Below, piece by piece: positions 7,911-16,180 of a stretch of 30,060 bases of DNA. This DNA is from a virus (Duplodnaviria > Caudoviricetes): the IMG/VR virus record IMGVR_UViG_3300037045_000315, positions 1-30,060 of that record. One strand, written 5' to 3'. The first letter of the stretch is position 1. Each line of letters starts with the position of its first letter. The notes beneath the pieces are model-generated. The model did no database searches. It was not told the origin of the DNA and saw nothing but the letters and a program-made list of their open reading frames with translations. A program made the translations under genes and the position numbers.

Positions 7911-9074
7911 TCAGCTCTCTAGTTCCAGCACGTCTCTAAGCGCCTGCGCATACCGTTCGTCTGTCCGCTCCCACAGGAAGAGGGCGTTGCCGAAATGGCC
8001 ATAGCAGGAGGTGAGGCTGTACATCGGGATGCGCAGCCCCAGCAGATCGATGATGTCGGCGGGCCTGAGGCTGAACACCGTGCGCACGGCCTCGGCGAGC
8101 CTTCCGTCGTCGACCTTCCCGGTCGAGAAGGTGTTCACGTCCACCGCCACGGGCTCGGCCTTGCCGATCGCGTACGAGATGGCCACCGAGCATCGCCTGG
8201 CCAGGCCGGCCGCCACGATGTTCCTGGCGATCATGCGCGCCATGTAGGCTCCGCTCCGGTCGACCTTGGTCGGGTCCTTCCCGCTGAAGGCGCCACCTCC
8301 GTGGAGGGCGAGCCCTCCGTAGGTGTCCACCATGATCTTTCGACCGGTCAGGCCGGTGTCGGCCGCGGGGCCTCCCTCGACGAAGCGCCCCGACGGGTTG
8401 ACGAGGATGGTGGTGTGTTCATCGAACGGGAAGTGGATGAAGGCGCTCTCCAGCACATGCTCTATGATCTCGCCTCTGAGGGTGTCCATATCCTTGTCCC
8501 GTCCATGCTGGACCGAGACGACGATAGCCGCGACTCGGGTGGGTGTGCCGTCCTCGCACTCGATGGTGACCTGGGCCTTTCCGTCGCTGTGGATGCCCGC
8601 TATCATCCCGTTCTTCCTGCACTTGTCCAAAGTGGCGCAGATGCGGTGGGAGAGCTCGAGCGGTAGCGGGATGCAGGTGGCGGTCTCGTCGGTCGCATAC
8701 CCGTACACCGTGCCCTGATCCCCGGCTCCGAGGACGGCATCGGTGCTCCCCGATTCCCTGGCCTCAAGCGCGGTGTCCACGCCGATCGCGATGTCGGGGC
8801 TCTGGTTGTGCAGGTACACGCTGATCGTGAACTCCTTGGGATCGTAGCCGCACTCGGTAAGCGCGGCGCGCACGGTCTCGCGCACGTTGATCCGAAGCCT
8901 GCTGGTGATCTCTCCGGCGACGATGATCCTGCCTTTGGTGGCCATGACCTCGCAGGCGACGCGAGCGAGGTCGTCGACTGTCAGGCAGGCGTCGAGGATC
9001 GAGTCGGCTATGTGGTCGCACAGCTTGTCGGGATGTCCCTGGCAGACGCTCTCGGAGGTGAGGTAGCTCTTCAT
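7911..9074 (-). CDS. metK: S-adenosylmethionine synthetase (phage-borne)
   Basis: TSESV..GHPDK, GAGDQG and GGGAFSGKDPTKVDRS signatures; full length, 387 aa. Confidence 0.96.
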   Translation of the reverse strand: MKSYLTSESVCQGHPDKLCDHIADSILDACLTVDDLARVACEVMATKGRIIVAGEITSRLRINVRETVRAALTECGYDPKEFTISVYLHNQSPDIAIGVDTALEARESGSTDAVLGAGDQGTVYGYATDETATCIPLPLELSHRICATLDKCRKNGMIAGIHSDGKAQVTIECEDGTPTRVAAIVVSVQHGRDKDMDTLRGEIIEHVLESAFIHFPFDEHTTILVNPSGRFVEGGPAADTGLTGRKIMVDTYGGLALHGGGAFSGKDPTKVDRSGAYMARMIARNIVAAGLARRCSVAISYAIGKAEPVAVDVNTFSTGKVDDGRLAEAVRTVFSLRPADIIDLLGLRIPMYSLTSCYGHFGNALFLWERTDERYAQALRDVLELES

Positions 9075-9101
9075 GTTTGATTTCCTTTGATTGTTTGATT
9101 T

Positions 9102-9641
9102 CTACGGGTTGCGACGGGCCTTCAGGAGCCGTTCCATGAGGTCGTCCTGCGGGCTCGCCCCCTGGTGAGCGCCCGCGCTGTTCTCCTTCACGATCTGGAA
9201 TATCTGGTACCAGATCTGGTTGACCTGCTTCATGTACTCACGGCTCATCGCCACGTACGGAGACGAGATCGCGGCGCCCGTGGTCGGGTGCTTGGCGAGG
9301 AACCCGTACTCGCTGATCGCCGTCTCGCACTGTATCCACCTGGCCACCGACATCGCGTACTGCTGCGTGAGCTGCGGGCCCACCAATCCCTCGCAGCGCC
9401 TCGCTTTAAGCCAGTCCCAGGTCTCCTTGTGGACCTCGCTGGCGCAGAGCGCCTGGCCGTTCTTCTGCACGGCCGTCATGTAGTCCTTGGGCGGTGGCAT
9501 CTCTGAACCTTCCAGGTCGGCCGGCCCGGGGATCTCCATCACGATCGCGCCGCGGCCCTCGTGGATCTTCTCCGAGAGCGCCTTGGATTTCCGGCCCGCG
9601 CCGACGCGTGTGCCGCCACGGCCGCTGCCGTCCTTCGCCAT
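9102..9641 (-). CDS. terS: Phage terminase small subunit, P27 family
   Basis: MAKDG..RGG.R.GAGRK N-terminus, GFLAKHPTTG, PQDDLMERLL C-terminus; follows the HNH gene. Confidence 0.88.
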   Translation of the reverse strand: MAKDGSGRGGTRVGAGRKSKALSEKIHEGRGAIVMEIPGPADLEGSEMPPPKDYMTAVQKNGQALCASEVHKETWDWLKARRCEGLVGPQLTQQYAMSVARWIQCETAISEYGFLAKHPTTGAAISSPYVAMSREYMKQVNQIWYQIFQIVKENSAGAHQGASPQDDLMERLLKARRNP

Positions 9642-9659
9642 GCCGCACCGCCTTTGATT

Positions 9660-9770
9660 ATGGGGGTCAATCCCCCGTTTGATTTCCCATTTTCACGCGT
9701 GAGGGCCCTTGCCCGTTGTACGCTATATATAGCGTGGAGATTCAATTACCCCTAGGGTGTACACCACTAA
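9660..9770. promoter_or_regulatory. Putative cos/packaging-site region
   Basis: Intergenic between HNH and terS, the usual cos position; cluster of perfect palindromes including ACGCTATATATAGCGT (9720-9735). Confidence 0.45.
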
Positions 9771-9773
9771 TAG

Positions 9774-10136
9774 TCACCTTTTAACGTTCCATCGGTCCTT
9801 CTGCCGTGCGTGCAGGGCCGAATGGCAGCCTTGGCAAAGTGCCATGAGGTTCCCATCGTCATCAGTACCACCATATCTAGCGGCCCTGATGTGGTGGACG
9901 AGGGTTGCCAAAGTCATTCTTCCTTCCCGCCCGCACAGCTCGCAGAAGGGATGCTCGTCAAGGAACCGTCTGCTGGTCTTCCGCCAGGATGATCCGTATC
10001 GCTTTTTCGTCTCAGGATCGCGCCCGTGGCATTCATAGGTCTTAGCCGCGAGTTTGGCGTGCTCCTCGCAGTAGCGTCCGTCGGTCAGCCGCGGGCAGCC
10101 CGGGTGGGAGCACGGCCGCTTGGGTCTGTAGGGCAT
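9774..10136 (-). CDS. Packaging-associated HNH endonuclease
   Basis: MPYRPKRPCSHPGC, CELC, VHHI..GG...NLMALCQGCH. Confidence 0.92.
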   Translation of the reverse strand: MPYRPKRPCSHPGCPRLTDGRYCEEHAKLAAKTYECHGRDPETKKRYGSSWRKTSRRFLDEHPFCELCGREGRMTLATLVHHIRAARYGGTDDDGNLMALCQGCHSALHARQKDRWNVKR

Positions 10137-10157
10137 GGACGTTCTCCTTCGGGCATG

Positions 10158-10253
10158 AAAAAGCCCGGGAGGGTTTCCCGGGCTCTCGATTGGACCTGTC
10201 TGAGTGTACAGTAGTACGGAAGGCCAACTGTGTTCAACTGTTATTTTCTGATA
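10158..10253 (-). promoter_or_regulatory. Putative late promoter followed by an intrinsic terminator (copy A, best preserved)
   Basis: Minus strand: CAG-centred repeats at 10-bp spacing (ATCAGAAAAT AACAGTTGAA CACAGTTGGC), TACACT -10-like box, then hairpin AGCCCGGGA/TCCCGGGCT plus T-run. Confidence 0.6.
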
Positions 10254-10392
10254 ATTTAACGATAGGGTGCAAGGATCTCCTGTGGTGCCGATGCCTCCAC
10301 TCGATACCTAGGCTTCAAGCGATCTCCCACGCAATTGTCATCCATGGGAGATTGCCGCTTGCCGTGGGAGAATCCCGGCAGGCGGGAGGATG

Positions 10393-10490
10393 AAGAAAGC
10401 CCGGGAAGAATCCCCCGGGCTCTCGATTGGACTTTTCTGAGTGTACCGTAGCGTGAAAGGCAAACTGAGCAAAACTGTTATTTTCTGACA
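10393..10490 (-). repeat. Diverged copy B of the late promoter/terminator element
   Basis: Shares AAAGCCCGGGA, CCCGGGCTCTCGATTGGAC, TCTGAGTGTAC and AACTGTTATTTTCTGA blocks with 10158-10253. Confidence 0.85.
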
Positions 10491-10512
10491 TTTTTACTTT
10501 AATGTACATGGT

Positions 10513-10670
10513 TCACTCATTAGTGCCAATGCCTTCTATTGCGAGTGGTAGATGTAGTTTTGGCTGTACTTCAGCTGGGACGCGATCTGGCCCCAACAAT
10601 TGGATCTCAGATAACACATTTCCAACAGGGTGTCGCACTTCATGTTGTTGATGGCTCGAATGGCTCCAAT
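10513..10670 (-). pseudogene. Decayed 3' fragment of the ArpU/RinA-like regulator
   Basis: Manual translation AIRAINNMKCDTLLEMCYLRSNCWGQIASQLKYSQNYIYHSQ*KALAL aligns with the C-terminus of 13667-14077; internal stop. Confidence 0.8.
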
Positions 10671-11008
10671 TTTTTACCCACAAAACTGTCCGATTAATAC
10701 AAAGCAAGTTTTCACGCGAGTCAAGTCTTTAGTCTTGTTAATATAGAGCTTCCTTGACGAAATGTATCTGAAAGGTTTTTTATACCATTCGTGAATCGGA
10801 TATAGATGGTATGGTTAAACCCTTCGTAGACAGTACGATAACGCCTATTCAAGATAACATATTGGGTGTAGTATTAATACGAATCAAGTTCAACGTCTTG
10901 GAGAATTGCTTTGTGATTAAATCATTATACATTATTTAATTAAGCTTTTTCTGAAGAATTTACTATATGGATATAAGTCAAGGTTGTTAATGTGAGGCAT
11001 AGAAAAAT

Positions 11009-12289
11009 ATGCTAAGGTCAGATATCAAAATGAATTCAAAGAGAATCATACATGATCAAAATCGTCTTTATGCCTTTAGGTCCCTCCTTCATGTACACAA
11101 TTTGGTTATTGGGTTTTTTGCATTTGGTTTATTCGTCATATTTATTATAATGAATCTTTCCAAATTACATTTGCCATTCACAATTCCGAATTGGTTCATA
11201 AACGCATTCCTTATTGTGGATAGTCTTTTCGTCTTCTTAATAGTTATCACTTTGCCTAAGACACCCACAGAACGAGCCTTTTTAGTTGAACTCGATTTCC
11301 CTTTAAGTTTATTCGTTATGTGCATTGTTGTAATAGTTTTCCTATCGAATATTTGGCTTAAAGAACCCCTTTATGTACCATGGTCACTCTCGCTTGCAGT
11401 TGCATTGCTTTACCCGATTGGTGTTCTGGAAGTGTTGAAGCAAGTTTATTGGTCTCTAACTGAAACGGGTATGACAACAGAGGGTGAACGCCTTAAACGA
11501 CTCTACATATTTTTAGGGGGAGGAGCATTTTGGTCTGCTTTTTTGCTTTTTACTTATTGGCTCAGAATTATATTTCTAACGGGTATAGAAAATCTCCGAA
11601 ATGATATGCTTATTGTAATTGGAATAACACTTATTCCCCTCTTTGTGGCTTTCTTCATTTATATCAAGATCACCTGGATGGAAACACCACTTTCAAAAAA
11701 ACAAGCTGTTTGGTCGGTGACGATTTCCGCCATTACATGTTTTATTACTGCGTACCAATTCGTAACATTCGTACCAGATTGGCAAATGTTTTATTATGAG
11801 ATAATGCTAATTCTCAGCATACATGTCCACATTATGGTTTTGGGAATTTTCATCTTACGTGAAAGTCATAGCCGAGTAGTTTTGGTAACAAAGTTTGCAA
11901 TAGATGCGCTAGTAATTATTTATCTTTTATTACAAGTGGAGGCTAACAGTGCAAATATTTCAAAACTTATTCAATGGCTCGAAATTAATAGCAACAGCAT
12001 CACCGAAGGTTTCGGGTGGTTCTTGGGCGCAATGGCGAGTAGCGCATTTTTTTCGCTATTTGTATGGCGGTTTGGAGATGGCTATCGTCGATATAAAAAA
12101 AAGCAAGATGTCAATACAGCTACGCTTGACGATCTTATTAGAACTCCCGGAATCTCGTGTGAACTTGCTCGTCGATTGATCTCGAATCGGCCCTACAGTG
12201 ATTACTTGGAAATTCTGGAACGGGTTGATGGGGTTGGTCCTAAGCGGCTAGCATTCTTAAAAGACAGGTTCGATATAAAAGCTAACTAA
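11009..12289 (+). CDS. Polytopic (~10 TM) membrane protein with C-terminal ComEA-type helix-hairpin-helix domain
   Basis: About ten hydrophobic segments, then DVNTATLDDLIRTPGIS..LARRLI..RPY...VDGVGPKRL; AT-rich cargo. Confidence 0.8.
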   Translation: MLRSDIKMNSKRIIHDQNRLYAFRSLLHVHNLVIGFFAFGLFVIFIIMNLSKLHLPFTIPNWFINAFLIVDSLFVFLIVITLPKTPTERAFLVELDFPLSLFVMCIVVIVFLSNIWLKEPLYVPWSLSLAVALLYPIGVLEVLKQVYWSLTETGMTTEGERLKRLYIFLGGGAFWSAFLLFTYWLRIIFLTGIENLRNDMLIVIGITLIPLFVAFFIYIKITWMETPLSKKQAVWSVTISAITCFITAYQFVTFVPDWQMFYYEIMLILSIHVHIMVLGIFILRESHSRVVLVTKFAIDALVIIYLLLQVEANSANISKLIQWLEINSNSITEGFGWFLGAMASSAFFSLFVWRFGDGYRRYKKKQDVNTATLDDLIRTPGISCELARRLISNRPYSDYLEILERVDGVGPKRLAFLKDRFDIKAN

Positions 12290-12401
12290 CAAAGGCATAC
12301 ACTCGAACTGAGATATTGCTATGTTTCATTTCCCTAAGTGGTGCCAATCGTTATAAGGGATAATTTTACGAGGATTAGACTAGCATTTCACTATGAATAC
12401 A

Positions 12402-12707
12402 TCAACTAGGCAGAACCCACACCAATGACAGCGCCTTCCGATGCAGATGGTAGATGTAGTCGTTGCTGTAGTTCAACTGCGCCGCGATCTGCTCCCATGT
12501 CATGAAGGTGAGGTAGCGCATCTTAAGCAGAGTCTCACACTTCATGCCTTTCTGCAGGCGATTTCGTAATGCTTTTACGTTCCCGGCTCTCCTCCCGTAG
12601 TGTCCGAAGGTACTTGCAGCTTGCTTTGCACAATCATTGCAGTACCGACCGTCGGTGAGGCGGGGGCAGAGCGGATGGTTGTATGGACGCTTGGGCTCGT
12701 AGGGCAT
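12402..12707 (-). pseudogene. Chimeric ORF: HNH N-terminus fused to the regulator C-terminus
   Basis: MPYEPKRPYNHPLCPRLTDGRYC matches 9774-10136; KCETLLKMRYLTFMTWEQIAAQLNYSNDYIYHLHRKALSLV matches 13667-14077; SD AGGAG upstream of ATG 12707. Confidence 0.8.
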
Positions 12708-12726
12708 GAGAGGTACTCCTATGGGT

Positions 12727-12830
12727 AAAAAGAAAGCCCGGGAGGATTTCCAGAGCTCTTGATTGGACTTGTCTGAGTGTACTGTAGTTCGGTACGGAAG
12801 GCCGATTGTGCTCAACTGTTATTTCCTGAT
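12727..12830 (-). repeat. Diverged copy C of the late promoter/terminator element
   Basis: Same blocks as copies A and B, with a small insertion and a partly disrupted hairpin. Confidence 0.85.
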
Positions 12831-12932
12831 GTTTTAGCGACCAGGGGCAAAGAAAAAGGTTATCACCATCGTCCACACTCTTGTATTTTTCAGATTGGTC
12901 TCACACCACCCAAGCTAAAATACTGAAAACCG

Positions 12933-13514
12933 CTATTTCTGGTTGGCTAGAGTCTCCCTAAGGGTTGTGATGATTCCAGGTACATCTTTTCGTAAGGCGA
13001 CTTTCGCTTCTTCAATCAGCTCCTTGAACGTAAGGACAATTCTTGTTTGGGCTTCGGATTCAACTTGGGCACCTGTCCAGACGACAATCGTGCCACCTTC
13101 CTTAAAGAACTGATTGGACCAGATCTTCTTGCCATTGATGTCGTATATTCTGAGCTCGAATTCAACGTAGACGTTTGTCGAGAAGGACCATTCATCAACT
13201 CGATCGTATGATGCATCAATTATCACAAGGTCGATCGTTCCCCATTTTTCATCACCTTCCCACTCTATTAGATTGTTTTCACACTCACGTTCAAATATTG
13301 TATAGAGATAGGTGTTCGCGGAAAGCGACTTGGAGTTTGTTCTCCCAACGGAAAAATCGGAGTTTCCATTTTTCAATTCCAAGTTCAGCAACTTGGGATC
13401 AATCGCACTTGGTGAAGGTTGAAGAAGCGTTCTATCAAAGCTGGTCATGCAAGACACAAGCAATAATGACGATAAAACAAAGACGAGTAACAAGGATTTT
13501 TTCATATCTTTCAT
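12933..13514 (-). CDS. Lipoprotein of unknown function (cargo)
   Basis: Signal MKKSLLLVFVLSSLLLVSC with lipobox; AT-rich. Confidence 0.75.
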   Translation of the reverse strand: MKDMKKSLLLVFVLSSLLLVSCMTSFDRTLLQPSPSAIDPKLLNLELKNGNSDFSVGRTNSKSLSANTYLYTIFERECENNLIEWEGDEKWGTIDLVIIDASYDRVDEWSFSTNVYVEFELRIYDINGKKIWSNQFFKEGGTIVVWTGAQVESEAQTRIVLTFKELIEEAKVALRKDVPGIITTLRETLANQK

Positions 13515-13666
13515 CCATAGATATATTCTAGCGATGTGTATTTTTTACCAGCACAGTATACCATATGTTGAAAAGGAGTGTAAGCTCTAGAATTTTACCG
13601 TTTCTGCTGGCACCGTGGTCCAAAACGCGATCTGACCTTATCTTTCATCTTCTGATGGCCCATTGT

Positions 13667-14077
13667 TTATAAAGAAAGGATACGCACCAACGACAGTGCC
13701 TTGCGATGCAGGTGGTAGATGTAGTCTTGGCTGTAGTCCAGCTGTGCTGCGATCTGGTCCCAAGCAAGAAAGGTGAGATAGCGCATCTCAAGCAGCGTCT
13801 CGCATTCCATGCTGTTGACGCTTCGGATCGCTTCGGCGATCTCAGTCTTCAGCTGCATCAGCTGCGCGATGCCGTTATTGATCTCCGTCTCCAGTTCTGC
13901 GATGCGTACCACCGCCTCTTCAACGGGGGAACGTCGTATCGAAGGAGCCTTGGCCATCTCGGAAAGTTTGGGAGAGACATAGACGGCATGGCTTTTCAGC
14001 CAGTCGAGTTGACGTTCCTTGGTCTTGATGCGTTTGTCCAGATACCATGCCTGCGACAGATATTCCTTTGCGTTCAT
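13667..14077 (-). CDS. ArpU/RinA-like (DUF1492-type) phage late transcriptional regulator
   Basis: Start refined to MNAKEYLSQA after AGGAG; C-terminal HTH LLEMRYL..WDQIA..L.YS..YIYHLHRKAL; position between helicase and HNH. Confidence 0.85.
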   Translation of the reverse strand: MNAKEYLSQAWYLDKRIKTKERQLDWLKSHAVYVSPKLSEMAKAPSIRRSPVEEAVVRIAELETEINNGIAQLMQLKTEIAEAIRSVNSMECETLLEMRYLTFLAWDQIAAQLDYSQDYIYHLHRKALSLVRILSL

Positions 14078-14088
14078 GCTCCTATCTC

Positions 14089-14295
14089 CTATAGGTGAAT
14101 CTTGGTGAAGTCGGGGTTGATATCGCACAACAAAGTGAACCACTCGCTTTCGAAGAACTGCTCAATCTCATCCTTTGTTGCCCACGCGTATACGTAATCA
14201 GGATTGCCTTCCAGCTGGGATACAGCCTTGTGCCAGTCAACGACCGCGCGCTCCACGATGGCAGCCGCCAGATGTCTTATGCTCGCTTCGGTCAT
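14089..14295 (-). CDS. Conserved phage hypothetical protein
   Basis: 68 aa with LAAAIV..AV.D and EQFF.SEWF pattern; coupled to the helicase stop. Confidence 0.75.
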   Translation of the reverse strand: MTEASIRHLAAAIVERAVVDWHKAVSQLEGNPDYVYAWATKDEIEQFFESEWFTLLCDINPDFTKIHL

Positions 14296-15665
14296 CGTCG
14301 GCCTCCTTCAAGTTCCGCCTTCACCGCTTCGATCAGAGCATCCTGGGTTTGCGCTTTCCCCGAAAGAACCTTTATAATGCGCTCGTCGATGGTCTTCTCG
14401 GTGATGATGTGCTGGACCACCACCGTTTCGGACTGCTGCCCCTGACGCCACAGTCGCGCCACCGTCTGCTGGTACAGCTCAAGGCTCCACGTGAGGCCAA
14501 ACCAGATCAGGCAATTGCCACCACTTTGGAGGTTCAGCCCGTGCCCGGCGGATGCGGGGTGGATCAGGCCGACCGGAAGGTTCCCTTGGTTCCACACGCG
14601 GATGCTTTCACTTGAGTCCAAGGTCGAAAACGATACCCCAAGCTTCTCCAGTCTTCCAACGATCCGCTCAAGATCATGCTTGAACCAATAGGCCACCAGC
14701 ATGCTCTGGCCGTTGGCTGCCTCGATGAGATCTTCCAACGCATCGAGCTTGCGTTCATGGATGCCGATGGTATCTCCATCGTCGGTGTACACAGCCCCGT
14801 TAGCCAGTTGCAGCAGTTTGCCCGAGAGGCTCGCCGCGTTCGCAGCTGTCACCTGTCCTCCCGAGGAGTCCAGGACCAGGTCCTTCAGTAGCTTCTCATA
14901 AGCCGCGAGCTCATCATCGCTGAGTGTTACGCGAAACTCGGTGCTTACCAGCTCTGGCATCCTAATATGATCTTGTGCCTTCATCGAAATGGTGATGTCC
15001 CCGATCGCCCGGTAGATTCTTTCCTCGGAACCCGCAGCCGGCTTATAGCTGAACACAATCTGGCCATTGCGCTTGTCGGCTTTGAAGTACGCATCCCGAT
15101 AGGCTCCGATGAACCTTCCCAACCGTACGCCCTTGTCCAATAGCTTGAACTGAGCCCAGAGGTCGATCAGGCCGTTGCTGGCCGGGGTGCCGGTCAGGCC
15201 CACGATACGCCTGATCACAGGGCGGCGTTTCATCAACGCCCGAAAGCGCTTGGAGCGGTGGTTCTTGAACGATGAGAGCTCGTCGACGACTACCATGTCG
15301 AAGTCGAAGGGGAGGGTGGTCTCCTCGATCAGCCACTGCACGTTCTCTCGGTTGATGATATACAGGTCAGCCTTGCGCTCCAAGGCAGTAAGGCGCTCGG
15401 CGGTGCTCCCCACGGCCACTGATGGGATCAGGTCCCCCAGGTGATCCCACTTGCCAATTTCGGCAGGCCAGGTGTCCCTTGCAACCCGAAGGGGCGCGAT
15501 GATCAGTACCTTTCGTACCAGAAACGAATCGAAGAGGAGGTTGGAAAGGGCCGTCAGGGTGATGACCGTTTTGCCAAGTCCCATCTGCAGCAATACTGCC
15601 GCCACGGGGTGCTGCTCAATAAAGTCGCTCGCATACTGTTGGTAGTCATGCGGTGTATATGTCAT
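14292..15665 (-). CDS. SNF2-related DEAD/DEAH-box helicase
   Basis: MGLGKT, VVVDELSSFK, GLTGTP, SAGHGLNLQ, RLWRQGQ. Confidence 0.94.
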   Translation of the reverse strand: MTYTPHDYQQYASDFIEQHPVAAVLLQMGLGKTVITLTALSNLLFDSFLVRKVLIIAPLRVARDTWPAEIGKWDHLGDLIPSVAVGSTAERLTALERKADLYIINRENVQWLIEETTLPFDFDMVVVDELSSFKNHRSKRFRALMKRRPVIRRIVGLTGTPASNGLIDLWAQFKLLDKGVRLGRFIGAYRDAYFKADKRNGQIVFSYKPAAGSEERIYRAIGDITISMKAQDHIRMPELVSTEFRVTLSDDELAAYEKLLKDLVLDSSGGQVTAANAASLSGKLLQLANGAVYTDDGDTIGIHERKLDALEDLIEAANGQSMLVAYWFKHDLERIVGRLEKLGVSFSTLDSSESIRVWNQGNLPVGLIHPASAGHGLNLQSGGNCLIWFGLTWSLELYQQTVARLWRQGQQSETVVVQHIITEKTIDERIIKVLSGKAQTQDALIEAVKAELEGGRR

Positions 15666-15927
15666 TGATGATCTCCTCTATCTGCTCTTTTGCATCCAGC
15701 ACGTATGCCTTGAACCCCAGACCCTTCAGCATTTCATGCCTTACCTGTTGGAGTGCCTTCATCTTTTTGCCTGGGGCCTTCACTTCCACAAAGCCGCATC
15801 GCCCGCCGGGCAGTAGCACCAATCGGTCCGCCATTCCATCGAAGCCTGGGCTTATGAATTTTACAGCCCGGCCTCCCATCATTTTCACAGCCATCACCAG
15901 CTGCGACTCAATCTCTTTCTCAAGCAT
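15646..15927 (-). CDS. VRR-NUC domain nuclease
   Basis: EKEIE, G.ADRLVL, FVEVKAPG motifs. Confidence 0.9.
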   Translation of the reverse strand: MLEKEIESQLVMAVKMMGGRAVKFISPGFDGMADRLVLLPGGRCGFVEVKAPGKKMKALQQVRHEMLKGLGFKAYVLDAKEQIEEIINDIYTA

Positions 15928-15940
15928 TCCAAATCTCCCT

Positions 15941-16180
15941 TTGGAACGAAGGAACGAGTGGAACGAAAGGAACAGGGGGTCCTATAAAGTCCCACGTGCG
16001 TATATACGCCCTCGCCGCCACACTCATTCCCTGTATATCTACTTCCACTTATGTAGTAGATATTCTTGTTCCATTGTTCCTGTTGCCCCAAAACCTGCTC
16101 CTCAGAACGGGATTGCGTCATAGTCCAATGGAACTAGTTCTGGAACAGGCTTGGAACGTTCTGTAGGTTGTTCCGTTCCC
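15941..16180. repeat. GGAAC iteron cluster, putative phage replication origin
   Basis: GGAAC at 15943, 15951, 15960, 15969; inverted GTTCC at 16068, 16076; more copies in the 3' end of the primase-helicase gene. Confidence 0.55.

Noticed and set aside
6-9500. Many long plus-strand and alternate-frame ORFs (e.g. 71-961, 940-2280, 3097-4134, 6629-7351, 7995-8666)
   Set aside because: They are shadows of well-supported minus-strand genes in GC-rich DNA and lack recognisable motifs, unlike the +1 ORF in the intein
10260-10390. Possible fourth regulator remnant (minus-strand IAWEIA*SLGIEWRHRHHRRSL)
   Set aside because: Position fits, but similarity is too weak to support by eye
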